A stretch of 61,805 nucleotides of DNA from an uncultured Rhodospirillaceae bacterium (GTDB lineage: Bacteria; Pseudomonadota; Alphaproteobacteria; MPNO01; UBA2964), in contig CAJXEC010000003.1 in assembly GCA_913052165.1 (NCBI GenBank), positions 1 to 61,805 on the forward strand, given 5' to 3'. Shown piece by piece: positions 1 through 9,244 of this stretch. Position numbers and translations under genes: made by a program. The notes beneath the pieces are model-generated. The model was not told the DNA's origin. It saw only the letters and a program-made list of their open reading frames with translations, and made no database searches. Every line of letters begins with the position of its first letter. The first letter of the stretch is position 1.

Positions 1-11
1 ATTGGTCATAG

Positions 12-605
12 AGTAAGTACATTATATTTAGGAGCGCTGGCCCAGATTTTTGTGTGGGTAGAGACAATGCCGGCCGTAAGGCAAGGGACGTGGAGGACGC
101 GTTAGAGGCCAGGGAGAGAAGCGAGGTTGTCTTTAATTTTTACGGCGCATTTCGGAGATCTAAAATCCCAGTGGTGTGTGTGGTTCAGGGTCGCGCCCTA
201 GGATTTGGTTGCGCCATAACATCCGTCTGCGATATCACAATAGCCTCTGAAACTTCAACTTTCGCTCTACCGGAAATGGGTCATAACATAATGCCAACAA
301 TGGCTATGTCTTCTCTCATTGATCGACTCGGTCGAAAGGCGGTCCTCTATCTGACATACTCTACTGAAGAAATTGATGCTACAACTGCCCTGTCTTACGG
401 ACTTGTCAGCAGGGTGGTACCTGACAATGGGCTGGAGAAACAGCTCGCACTAGTTTGTAATGCCCTCGATAAAGCTCCGCTTGCGGCAATCAAGTCTGTT
501 AAAGAATACGCGACAAATGCGCTTACCATGAGTGTCGAGCAGGCTTCAGATTTTGCTAGAAATATGCATTCAGCTGTCAACACGTCGAAGGAGATGAGAG
601 GCTAA
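12..605 (+). CDS. enoyl-CoA hydratase/isomerase (crotonase) family protein, 5'-incomplete or disrupted
   Basis: Translation from nt 12 reads KYIIFRSAGPDFCVGRD ... IPVVCVVQGRALGFGCAITSVCDITIASETSTFALPEMGHNIMP, which is the crotonase core. The ORF-track start (GTG 54) would cut off the first conserved motif. An in-frame TAG lies at 9-11, so the N-terminal ~60 aa are either outside the window or lost. Confidence 0.7.
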   Translation, partial: SKYIIFRSAGPDFCVGRDNAGRKARDVEDALEARERSEVVFNFYGAFRRSKIPVVCVVQGRALGFGCAITSVCDITIASETSTFALPEMGHNIMPTMAMSSLIDRLGRKAVLYLTYSTEEIDATTALSYGLVSRVVPDNGLEKQLALVCNALDKAPLAAIKSVKEYATNALTMSVEQASDFARNMHSAVNTSKEMRG

Positions 606-610
606 AAGGA

Positions 611-1699
611 ATGGCCCCTCGAATCAAATCCATTGATCACTACGTTGAACATGTATCAACTGTTCCGGCTATTGAAGGCCAGATTATGCGCCAGTTTGTT
701 CGAGAGAGGGTTTCTCTCGACGGCGCAAACAAGTTGCAAGATCCTGCCGAGGGCAAGGTGGTCCTCTTGGTGCATGGCGGTTTTTGGCCATGTTCGGTGG
801 CATTTGATTGTCCTTACCCCGGCTACAGCTGGATGGAGGCGCTCGCGGAAGAGGGCTTTGATGTTTTCGCCCTGGATATGACTGGACATGGACGTTCTGC
901 GCTCGCGCTACAAGATAACCCTCAAAACGGGCAGTTTAGTGATCGGCACTTTATGCCCGCTAAATATGAAAGTGCGGGGAAACCTGATTGGCCCTTTCAA
1001 CTTGTGACGACCGAGACGGAAACCGCCGATCTTGACGCCGTAGTGGATTATATTTGTGAGCTAAGACATGTAAAAAAAGTCAATCTTATCGGTTGGTCTG
1101 GCGGCGGTATAAGGGTTGGAACTTATGTCCGGTATTTCCCTCAGAAAATTGAAAAATTAGTGATCTGGGCCTCAAGTAATTATTCTCCACACGGACCAGA
1201 TGTTGCGCCATCCGATCTGCCTGTCCCCGGAGCTCCGACTGCCTTTCAATCTAGGGAACATGGAGAGGCGGTAAGATGGTTGGCTAATGTCAAATCAGCT
1301 GGGCAAATCGAAGATACAGCAATTATTAACGCAGTGTGGGATGAAGGAGCGAACGCTGATCCTGTTGGGGCGTCATGGGGTGGATTAAGAGGGCCTACCA
1401 GGAGTTATTGGGGTTGGACAAAATCTGGCGCGGCAAAAGTTATACAGCCTGTATTGAATTTTGTTGGTGAGTTGGATGGTTTGCTAGAGTCGAACATTCA
1501 ACTTTTCGAAGACTTGGGCAGTTTGGATAAAATTTTTCTCAGAATAGCCGGCGCTAGTCACTTTATGCAGTGGGAACGAGGGCGTCATATCAAACGCAAG
1601 GCCGTGCTGGAATTTTTAAAAAATGGAACGTTGCGAGGCGCGACACGTGGTAGGTTTCGAGCTGACGAAAATGGTTTATTCTCGTCCCTATGGGAATGA
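611..1699 (+). CDS. alpha/beta-fold hydrolase
   Basis: Motifs VVLLVHGGFWP, ALDMTGHGRS and nucleophile elbow GWSGG. ATG is preceded by an AAAGGA Shine-Dalgarno (SD) sequence and starts 5 nt after the upstream stop. Confidence 0.8.
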   Translation: MAPRIKSIDHYVEHVSTVPAIEGQIMRQFVRERVSLDGANKLQDPAEGKVVLLVHGGFWPCSVAFDCPYPGYSWMEALAEEGFDVFALDMTGHGRSALALQDNPQNGQFSDRHFMPAKYESAGKPDWPFQLVTTETETADLDAVVDYICELRHVKKVNLIGWSGGGIRVGTYVRYFPQKIEKLVIWASSNYSPHGPDVAPSDLPVPGAPTAFQSREHGEAVRWLANVKSAGQIEDTAIINAVWDEGANADPVGASWGGLRGPTRSYWGWTKSGAAKVIQPVLNFVGELDGLLESNIQLFEDLGSLDKIFLRIAGASHFMQWERGRHIKRKAVLEFLKNGTLRGATRGRFRADENGLFSSLWE

Positions 1700-1777
1700 G
1701 TTTGGCTTCAATAATATTTGATATTGTCAAACTTTTGATGTGGGATTGGAGTAAAATTTTTCGCAGGAAGGTATCGA

Positions 1778-4099
1778 ATGGAGATCAAACGTTTTCGTAA
1801 CCAATCTCATTGGGGTGCGTTTTGGGCAGAGGTTCTAAATGGGCGTGTTGTGGGAGTAAAGCCTTTTGAATTAGATCAAAATCCTTCTCCTTTGATAGCT
1901 TCGATTCCTGGTGCGACCCATGCAGATAACAGGGTACCATCTCCAATGGTTCGGGAAGGCTGGCTCGAAAAGGGACCCTCTGGGACGGGAGAAGGCCGTG
2001 GTCGTGAGCCTTTTGTAAGGGTGAGTTGGGAAAAAGCCTATGACCTCGTCTCCACAGAACTATTGCGAGTGAAAAAGAAACATGGAAATGAGTCAATTCT
2101 TGGTGGCTCTTACGGCTGGTCCAGCGCTGGTATTTTTCATTGTGCCCGCACCCAAGCCCGGCGCTTTCTATTTTCGTTTGGTGGGTGCACGGATCAGTCA
2201 GCAAATTATAGTTTCGGGTCTGCAACCTTCTTTGTGCCCTATGTTTTGGGTAACCTCCAATCAGTGACGGGACCAAATACGAGTTGGTCCGCTATCCACA
2301 ATAATTCTGATTTAATCGTTTTTTTTGGTGGTGTTAACACTGGTAATGGCCAGGTCGCACGGGGTGGCAGTGTAGCGCACAGTCTTGTTCCTTGGTTGAA
2401 CAAGATTGCTGACAAGGGCATTGGTGTTGTTAATGTGAGTCCCTGCCGGGACGATGTTCCTGAGTTTATGGGTGCGGATTGGGTTTCAGTGAGGCCAAAT
2501 ACCGATACGGCTCTCGCTTTGGCACTCTCACACACCCTCATCGCCGAAGATCTACATAATTTAGAGTTTTTAGATAAGTATTGTGAAGGATATGAAAAAG
2601 TACTTCCCTATCTGATGGGGGAGTTAGATGGTCAAGTGAAAGATTCGGACTGGGCTGCTGAGATAACAGGCATTCCGGCTGCCAGGATTGTCACTTTAGC
2701 TCGACGAATGGCCGCGGGTCGGACCTTTATTTCAGCAACTTGGTCTCTGCAGAGAGGAGATCATGGAGAAATGCCTTTTTGGGCGGTGATACTCCTCGCA
2801 AGTGTTTTAGGTCAGATCGGATTGCCAGGTGGAGGATTTGGCTTCGGACATGGATCCACCGGAGGGATGGGGGATGGACGGCCCCTGTTTAATTCGCCCT
2901 CACTGAGTATGGGACGAAACCCGACTAATTTCGCCATACCCGCAGCAAGGGTTACTGATGCTCTCCTGCACCCAGGTGAAGAGATCGACCATAATGGAAA
3001 GAAACTCACCTATCCCGATATCCGTTTGGTCTATTGGGCGGGAGGAAACCCCTTTCACCATCATCAGGATCTGAACAGGTTGTCGCGTGCCTGGCAGAGG
3101 CCAGATACAGTAATAGTTCATGAGCCCTGGTGGACGCCCGTCGCGAGACATGCGGATATAATCTTGCCTGCTACTACCTCGCTTGAGAGGAATGATATAG
3201 GTGCTGCTGGTCGAGACTCATTTTTAATGAAAATGGAGAAAGCTATCGAGCCGCTGGCCGAGTCCAAGGACGACTATATTATTTTTTCAGAGCTCTCGCG
3301 CCGCCTGGGTTGTGAAGAAACTTTCACTGAGGGACGTAATGAGGAGGAATGGTTACGATTTCTGTATGATTCATGTCGAAAGGGTGCTCTCAACAATGAA
3401 GAGCCTATGCCCGATTTCGACACGTTTTGGGAAGAAGGGTTTTATCGAATTCCGGATCGCGACGCAGAGTATACTCTGCTTCAAGAGTTTAGAGCCGATC
3501 CAATAAAGGCAAAGCTTAAGACACCCTCCGGAAAGATCGAACTTTTTAGTGAGAGGATTGAGGGATACGGGTATGATGACTGTCCACCTCACGCAACCTG
3601 GCTCGAGCCTGCGGAGTGGCTGGGTTCGGAGAAAGCTGAGAGCTACCCACTCCATATGATTTCATCTCAACCTACGACCCGTTTGCATAGCCAGATGGAT
3701 GGGCAGGGTGTTTCTGCCGGATCAAAGATCGCGGGCCGCGAACCGGTCTATATCAACCCTGTTGATGCCGATGCGCGAGGAATAAAAAATGGTGATCTAG
3801 TTCAAGTCTTTAATGAAAGAGGTGCATGTCTCGCAGGAGCTTTCATTTCCGATTATATGAGGGAAGGAGTAATTCGTTTAATGACGGGAGCCTGGTTTAA
3901 TCCCGCCGAGGTTGAAGGTGGAGACGAAGACGCGATTTGCTTGCATGGTAATCCAAATATGCTGACCCTCGATAAGGGTGCCTCTAAGCTCTCGCAGGCT
4001 CCAATCGCCCAAACAGTGCTTGTTGAGATCAAAAAGTACCAAGTGCCAGCGCCCCCGATCAACATTTTTTCTGCTCCTGAGGTTCTCGAAGTAGTTTAA
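1778..4099 (+). CDS. cytoplasmic bis-MGD molybdoenzyme, S-/N-oxide reductase of the BisC/TorZ (DMSO reductase) family
   Basis: 773 aa with DMSO-reductase-family layout: N-terminal SHWGAF, GGSYGWSSAG, and C-terminal barrel GDLVQVFNERGA. No twin-arginine signal peptide and no N-terminal Cys cluster. GGAAGG SD precedes the ATG. Confidence 0.85.
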   Translation: MEIKRFRNQSHWGAFWAEVLNGRVVGVKPFELDQNPSPLIASIPGATHADNRVPSPMVREGWLEKGPSGTGEGRGREPFVRVSWEKAYDLVSTELLRVKKKHGNESILGGSYGWSSAGIFHCARTQARRFLFSFGGCTDQSANYSFGSATFFVPYVLGNLQSVTGPNTSWSAIHNNSDLIVFFGGVNTGNGQVARGGSVAHSLVPWLNKIADKGIGVVNVSPCRDDVPEFMGADWVSVRPNTDTALALALSHTLIAEDLHNLEFLDKYCEGYEKVLPYLMGELDGQVKDSDWAAEITGIPAARIVTLARRMAAGRTFISATWSLQRGDHGEMPFWAVILLASVLGQIGLPGGGFGFGHGSTGGMGDGRPLFNSPSLSMGRNPTNFAIPAARVTDALLHPGEEIDHNGKKLTYPDIRLVYWAGGNPFHHHQDLNRLSRAWQRPDTVIVHEPWWTPVARHADIILPATTSLERNDIGAAGRDSFLMKMEKAIEPLAESKDDYIIFSELSRRLGCEETFTEGRNEEEWLRFLYDSCRKGALNNEEPMPDFDTFWEEGFYRIPDRDAEYTLLQEFRADPIKAKLKTPSGKIELFSERIEGYGYDDCPPHATWLEPAEWLGSEKAESYPLHMISSQPTTRLHSQMDGQGVSAGSKIAGREPVYINPVDADARGIKNGDLVQVFNERGACLAGAFISDYMREGVIRLMTGAWFNPAEVEGGDEDAICLHGNPNMLTLDKGASKLSQAPIAQTVLVEIKKYQVPAPPINIFSAPEVLEVV

Positions 4100-4142
4100 T
4101 CGGCGGATAGTTAAATTTAAATGGAAAGGATATTTTAATTAA

Positions 4143-4457
4143 ATGCTTTACATGTGTTACGGAGTTGATGGGCCGGATGGTCCCGCCTTGCGAGATAAGG
4201 TCCGTCAAAAGCATTTTGAGTATTTGGAGGCCAATGCCAACATTTTAGTTCTTGGCGGCGCCACACTATCTGACAATTCGGAAGACCGAATCGGAAGTTT
4301 GCTGGTAATCAATGTCGCCTCGAGGGCCGAGGCAGCTGCCTTTGCAGCAGATGAACCTCTCAGAAAAGCCGGAGTTTTTAAGGAATACACGGTCAGCCGG
4401 ATGAGGCGTGGCCAGTGGTATCCTGAGAACGCACCAAATTCAGCTGAGGGTAACTAG
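4143..4457 (+). CDS. YciI-family protein
   Basis: 104 aa. Pattern KHFEYL...LVLGGATL...GSLLVINVASRAEAAAFAADEPLRKAGVF is typical of the YciI-like dimeric alpha-beta barrel family. Confidence 0.75.
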   Translation: MLYMCYGVDGPDGPALRDKVRQKHFEYLEANANILVLGGATLSDNSEDRIGSLLVINVASRAEAAAFAADEPLRKAGVFKEYTVSRMRRGQWYPENAPNSAEGN

Positions 4458-4462
4458 CCTCC

Positions 4463-5191
4463 CTAAAGGGCGTTGGCACTCTTGAGGGCCACCGTTAAAC
4501 CTAAGATACACGTTGCAGATCCAATCACGGCCTGCAGACTTGTATTCGCTATCGTCAGTGTTTTCGCTGACCAAGCTAGCGGGATTGCTATGAGCGCAGA
4601 GAGAAATGCCATGCCAGCGATTGAACCAATTCCAAAAAGAAAAATATAGCCAATCCCGAGCGGAACAGATTTCACAGTCGCCGCGGTAAGTATCACAAGC
4701 GCTGCAGAACCTGCCACTCCATGCATCATCCCAACGAGTAATGTACGAATGGGTAATTTGGACGGGTGCGTGTGATTGTGGGAACTATTCCCATGCAGGG
4801 TCTCCTCATCTTGGTGAGAGTGTGCATGAAAATGATTGGTTCCATCCTTGTGAAGATGTTTGTGAAAATGAACTTTCGTTTTGATAAGCATATAAATTAG
4901 GTTCAAACCTAATCCGACCAACATTAATCCAACGAGGAGTTCCAACCAGTTTGCGATGGCTTCATCGAGAACGAGTCCAAAAGCGATTGCGCCTCCCGAT
5001 AATGCCATCAGAGTAAGCGTGTGTCCTAAACCCCACACCGCGCCATGTGTGACAATATTTCTAACTTTTGTTTGCCTTGCTGCTATGCTGGATACTGCAG
5101 CAACATGATCCGCCTCTAGCGCATGCTGCATGCCAATAAGCAGGCCAAGAAATAATATGCCAGCTCCGCTCCCGGCCAATGCTTCTAGCAT
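4463..5191 (-). CDS. NiCoT/NicO-superfamily (UreH-like) nickel/cobalt transporter with His-rich loop
   Basis: Six predicted TM segments. HALEADHVAAV resembles the NiCoT HAxDADHIxAI signature, and GLGHTLTL resembles the second NiCoT motif. The central loop is HFHKHLHKDGTNHFHAHSHQDEETLHGNSSHNHTH. Confidence 0.65.
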   Translation of the reverse strand: MLEALAGSGAGILFLGLLIGMQHALEADHVAAVSSIAARQTKVRNIVTHGAVWGLGHTLTLMALSGGAIAFGLVLDEAIANWLELLVGLMLVGLGLNLIYMLIKTKVHFHKHLHKDGTNHFHAHSHQDEETLHGNSSHNHTHPSKLPIRTLLVGMMHGVAGSAALVILTAATVKSVPLGIGYIFLFGIGSIAGMAFLSALIAIPLAWSAKTLTIANTSLQAVIGSATCILGLTVALKSANAL

Positions 5192-5277
5192 CTCTTATGT
5201 ATTCCCTCTTATCTGCGCGAATATGATGCGCGTTTGGTTGCAAGTGGTATACTAGGAAAGCGTCTATAACGCCAACC

Positions 5278-6147
5278 TTAGCTCCGGGAATTGGCCCGTC
5301 TCCATTTGCTTCCAACCATGCAGAGAACTTTTGATATACTGAGGCTCTTCCTAAGCTCGTTACCGGCTCTAGAGAAACCCCTCTCCTCCAGCCGCATTCC
5401 TTGATAATTGGAAGGCTTGATACCGCTTCTATCCAGCGCCGCGAGCAGTGTCGAGGGGTCAGTTGAAAATGAACGCCCTCTGCGAGGTGCTCCGGCAACG
5501 TGAACGCCTATGACACGACCGCTTTGATCAAGCCAGGGTCCCCCCGATATACCGCTCAAATCTGTGCCAATGTCAGGAATTCGTCTCATTTGTGTCCATG
5601 CGATCACTGGCTCTATTGATGAGTAACGGCCGTGAGCGCGCATCTTTGCCTTTCCAATCATGGTCCCATAGACATCACCAGGTTGGCCCTGAGGATAGCC
5701 AAATGACCAACCTTTTTGTCCGCGTTTGAGAGAAGTGTTGGCGACGGGTAGGCTGGGAGAACCCTGGTCCGTCTTGAGAATACTTATATCGGCATTGCCT
5801 TCTTGTCTCACGGCTTTCACGCGTATAGCCTCCCTCGGCCCACTCTGTAAGCCTATGAAGTCGCAGCTATCCGTGACGTGTCGGGCCGTAACCCAGACCC
5901 CATTGCCAACTGAAAAAGCAGTCCCAGTTGAATTTTTCTTTTCCCATCCAACTTCAATATTAAATGTAGGGGCATTCCGATATTCATCAGGAATTTTTGG
6001 GTTTGCAGGTGGGAGTGTCGCGACGACGGGCGGTTCAAATTGTCGTGGATCTGGTCGGCGTTTTGAATTTTCATTTGTCGAAAAAATTTTACCGGCCACA
6101 GCTAAAACGACCAGAAGTACAAGAGCTAGCTTATCGAGCCCCCGCAT
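5278..6147 (-). CDS. membrane-anchored or secreted trypsin-like (S1) serine protease
   Basis: N-terminal hydrophobic anchor LALVLLVVLAVAG. Catalytic His in TARHVTD, Asp in NADISIL, Ser in GISGGPW. The start overlaps the upstream DUF350 stop (TAATG). Confidence 0.8.
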   Translation of the reverse strand: MRGLDKLALVLLVVLAVAGKIFSTNENSKRRPDPRQFEPPVVATLPPANPKIPDEYRNAPTFNIEVGWEKKNSTGTAFSVGNGVWVTARHVTDSCDFIGLQSGPREAIRVKAVRQEGNADISILKTDQGSPSLPVANTSLKRGQKGWSFGYPQGQPGDVYGTMIGKAKMRAHGRYSSIEPVIAWTQMRRIPDIGTDLSGISGGPWLDQSGRVIGVHVAGAPRRGRSFSTDPSTLLAALDRSGIKPSNYQGMRLEERGFSRAGNELRKSLSISKVLCMVGSKWRRANSRS

Positions 6148-6560
6148 TATCCTGCAACGGCCGCCGCGTTGATCATGGCTACTGATAATTTAATACCAAC
6201 GATGGTTGTGGCCGCGCTCAATTCACCGGTTTCAATGCGTTTTGGCAGGTCTTTTAGAAGCGCATCTCCAATTCGGTAGGCAATAAGCTGAATCAATAAC
6301 GTGAGACATCCCCAGATGATGATGTCCCATAGGTTAATACTTCTGGCCATGCAGACGGCCAGCGGGAGTGCAAGGCCAACTAAAGCGCCGGAGAATGATA
6401 GTGCGGCCGCAATATTTCCGCCTCGTATTAGATCTAATTCATTGAATGGGGTAATCATCTGGTAAATTATAGCACCTGCGACAAGCATCAATAGCGTCAC
6501 CGAAAAGTGCATTAAAAGCACGGGAAATCCATTCAAAAAACTTTGTAAAACAGCTTCCAT
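6147..6560 (-). CDS. DUF350-family small membrane protein
   Basis: 137 aa with 4 TM segments. The repeated pattern (ITPFNELDLIRGGNIAAAL ...) is typical of DUF350 proteins. Confidence 0.65.
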   Translation of the reverse strand: MEAVLQSFLNGFPVLLMHFSVTLLMLVAGAIIYQMITPFNELDLIRGGNIAAALSFSGALVGLALPLAVCMARSINLWDIIIWGCLTLLIQLIAYRIGDALLKDLPKRIETGELSAATTIVGIKLSVAMINAAAVAG

Positions 6561-6737
6561 AATTTTGGTTTACTTTCCTCTTGCTATTAAAACTGTGGGT
6601 TTTTTTTATGCGATATAAAAAGAAAAACTAAATGTTTAACTTACAAAGACGCATCTGATGGCCACTCTGTCTCACAAACTTACCTAAATTCAGGAGACTT
6701 GAAAAACAAAAGTATTTCAAGCTTTTCTGCGTCTCGG

Positions 6738-7781
6738 TTAAGCACTTGGGTCGATAATGATTTTGCCCTGAACGTCGCCATTTTCGATCATGTCGTAGGC
6801 TTCATGTAATGCTTCAAGCGGCATCACTCTATCTATGGCACATGTAATTTTACCGGTACGGGCATATTCTAACGCCCTTTTGACATTATGAGGACTGCCG
6901 CCCGCGGCACCTTTTATTTGCCAACGATTTAGATAGAGGTTGCGGGCGTTAAGGGTAACTTCAGGACCCCCATGTGCGCCCGCAGTCACCAGACGCCCCG
7001 CATAGGCGAGGCTAGCAATCGCTTTAGGCCATGTTGTGGGATCAGAAATATTCTCATAGACCACGTCGACACCCCGGTTTTCGGTAATTCTTTTCACTTC
7101 TTCACTTAGATCATGGGTCCGATAATTAATGCCAAAATCAGCTCCCAGTTTGAGCCCCAATTCTACGCGCTCATCCGCGCCGGCAGCCGCAATTACGTTG
7201 GCCCCCATCAGTTTAGCGAGCTGAATACCAGGCCCACCAAGCCCGCCCCCTGCACCCATAATTAACACCCACTCATTAGGTTTGAGCTCCGCCTTGTCGT
7301 CAAGCAATTGCAAAGCGGTGGGGCAGTGACGCATTATCACTGCTGCCTCATAAAAAGAGATGTTGTCTGGAATTAAAAATAGTGTTTTTTCCGGTGCGGC
7401 ACAAAATTCTGCGTATCCACCCCAACGATTGATGCCAATGGATTTCGCATTCGGACAATCTCCCGCACGTTTAGCGGCGCAGAGATCGCATTGGCCGCAA
7501 GCCATGCGACCACTGACAACCACCCTGTCTCCTTTTTTAAATCTATCAACATTTGTACCCACCTCTACCACTATCCCCGCTGGGTCTTGCCCCGTGATCA
7601 GCGGCAAGGCTTCCGGGTGATGTGGTTTACCCTCGGCAATTAGGGTATCTCGCGTTCGATTGGCCGTAACCGCATGAACCTCGATTAATACCTCATTATC
7701 TGTGAGGGATGGACATCCTATTTCTTGGGGAAGCATAACCGCGCGCCAGGGACCATAAGTTTTTATAATATTGGCTCTCAT
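6738..7781 (-). CDS. zinc-type alcohol dehydrogenase / MDR-family oxidoreductase
   Basis: GroES-like N-terminal domain, structural-Zn Cys cluster CGQCDLCAAKRAGDC, and Rossmann motif IMGAGGGLGGPGIQLAK. Confidence 0.85.
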   Translation of the reverse strand: MRANIIKTYGPWRAVMLPQEIGCPSLTDNEVLIEVHAVTANRTRDTLIAEGKPHHPEALPLITGQDPAGIVVEVGTNVDRFKKGDRVVVSGRMACGQCDLCAAKRAGDCPNAKSIGINRWGGYAEFCAAPEKTLFLIPDNISFYEAAVIMRHCPTALQLLDDKAELKPNEWVLIMGAGGGLGGPGIQLAKLMGANVIAAAGADERVELGLKLGADFGINYRTHDLSEEVKRITENRGVDVVYENISDPTTWPKAIASLAYAGRLVTAGAHGGPEVTLNARNLYLNRWQIKGAAGGSPHNVKRALEYARTGKITCAIDRVMPLEALHEAYDMIENGDVQGKIIIDPSA

Positions 7782-7788
7782 TCTGATC

Positions 7789-8214
7789 TCAGTCTTCTGC
7801 TGGACTAATGGCCCATTTTCGGTTGTCCATTTCCAAAAATCCGTCGGCTAACCGTAAGTTAATGGATATGGTGCCTTCATTTCTCTGCCAAGGAATAACC
7901 TCGATCTCTCTTTGCCCGTATTTCGTATACGGTTCTTGCATTGCCCAATTGGTAGCTTCCGCTCGGGTATTTGCCCTGAATATCAACAGGCCGTGGCCGC
8001 GCTCCCAACCTTCATCATCTCGCAATGGGCCCGCAGCGAATAAGATGCCGCGTCGTTCCATATCAACCAGGTAATCATGGTGCTCCAGGCGCATTTCAGC
8101 TTTAGGGATGGGGGCGACTTTGGGGTCTTCCGCGGGTCGCATCATTATTAAGTAGCATTGCTCACGCTGAAGCTTTGCCATTAGGCCTGTGGCTTGTTGC
8201 TCTGCTATTGACAT
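7789..8214 (-). CDS. YciI-like protein
   Basis: Pattern HHDYLVDMERRGILFAAGPL...LLIFRANTRAEATNWAMQEPYTKYG. I prefer the ATG at 8214 (MSIAEQQ...) because GGGAGG lies ~7 nt upstream; the ORF-track start at 8241 has no SD. Confidence 0.6.
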   Translation of the reverse strand: MSIAEQQATGLMAKLQREQCYLIMMRPAEDPKVAPIPKAEMRLEHHDYLVDMERRGILFAAGPLRDDEGWERGHGLLIFRANTRAEATNWAMQEPYTKYGQREIEVIPWQRNEGTISINLRLADGFLEMDNRKWAISPAED

Positions 8215-8228
8215 GTAGTTCCTCCCTA

Positions 8229-9160
8229 TTAATCGAGACAAAAGTAACGAAACTTAAAATCATTTCCTCTGCTTAAAATGTACCCGACAGTGCGGCCCGG
8301 AGAGCACGCAGTAATCAGTTTAATCACCGTGTCTGCTATTTTTTCGGCGATTCGCCTCGGACTTTCAATGGCAAGGTTGAAATCGGGGCAACGCGTTGTG
8401 CTCCAATCAGGTTCAAATACTTCAAGGGGGTGTTGCATATTATCTCCTGAAAAAATTGCTTTCCTCCCCCCGCTCGATAAGTGAGTGCGACTCATACCTA
8501 TGGTGTGTTCCTGTGCCGAACGGAGGTGAATGAGACTGGTTAACTCAAAGTCTTTCTCGACTAGTATCGCCTGACCGAGCTCAATCAAAGGGAAAATACA
8601 TTCTTGAGATGCTGGTTCTGATGGATGTGAGGGGTTATTTTTGTCCAGGCACCCCAACACTCAAATTTTTCTCGCCCATTTATGTATTTTCCTTAAGGAG
8701 AGGTTAGTAACAGTCTGTCATCGATGCGTTTCGTGTTCCAATCGATGTAGGCCACATGAAAGTGAGTACTAAAGGTGTAATCTTTATCGTTATCGGAGAG
8801 TCCCGTGGCTGGAAATTCATCTTTCCAACGCATCTTAGAGTGCGGGAGACCCTGTATTTTCGCGTATTCTCTCCCGCGCGTATCAAAAGGATATTGTGGT
8901 TTGGTGTCCTAATTAGCCATGATTGAGACGTAATGATATTGCTTTTGGTTGCGGCATCCCAGGCGAAACTTGGCAAGTCCTTTATGTGATGGTCGCCTGA
9001 ATTTTCTGTGGTTCTGTGTCTTTTAGGAATTTACCAAGCGTCCGGTGGTGAGGCCCTAAGCGTTCTCGTATCTGTGAAATGGTTGGTTCACCGATCGGGA
9101 AATTTTTAAGTTCGGTATCATATAAGCTCCGTGATTTAAGCCGGTGATATGAAATAACAG
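8229..9160 (-). pseudogene. decayed MBL-fold metallo-hydrolase, paralog of the intact gene at 49669..50565
   Basis: Three minus-strand segments in different frames, separated by stops, align collinearly with the 298-aa MBL protein: IRERLGPHH ~ SKEMGPRLIHP; SWLIRTPNHNILLIRAG ~ SFLIRTEKNNILVDACCG; GDNMQHPLEVFEPDWSTTRCPD ~ GDVVHHPVQVRRPDWSSAFCED. The HxHxDH motif is destroyed (TFMWPTSIG versus THLHPDHVG). Confidence 0.75.
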
Positions 9161-9244
9161 TTATTTGTCGACCAATAAAAAAATGAATGTGACGATAAGG
9201 GTAAATCTGTCTATTCTCATTATGTTCTGAAAAGGAGTTCTATC

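Noticed and set aside
1778-4099. Periplasmic TMAO/DMSO reductase (TorA/DorA) assignment for the molybdoenzyme.
   Set aside because: There is no twin-arginine leader, and no adjacent TorC/DorC cytochrome or TorD chaperone gene. The N-terminus starts directly with the BisC-like HWGAF region, so I called it a cytoplasmic BisC/TorZ-like reductase instead.
4463-5191. Treating the Ni/Co transporter as part of the NHase system (an NhlF analogue).
   Set aside because: It is 14 kb and about 15 genes away on a different transcription unit. I mention it only as context, not as a system component.
5061-5498. 145-aa minus-strand ORF bridging the Ni/Co transporter start and the protease 3' end.
   Set aside because: It overlaps two well-supported genes out of frame and shows no motif. 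Most likely spurious.
6561-6737. AT-rich intergenic region with hairpin CTTGAAA-N10-TTTCAAG (6698-6721), considered as a terminator of the MDR gene.
   Set aside because: The stem is AT-rich and no U-tract follows on the transcribed strand. It is too weak to annotate.
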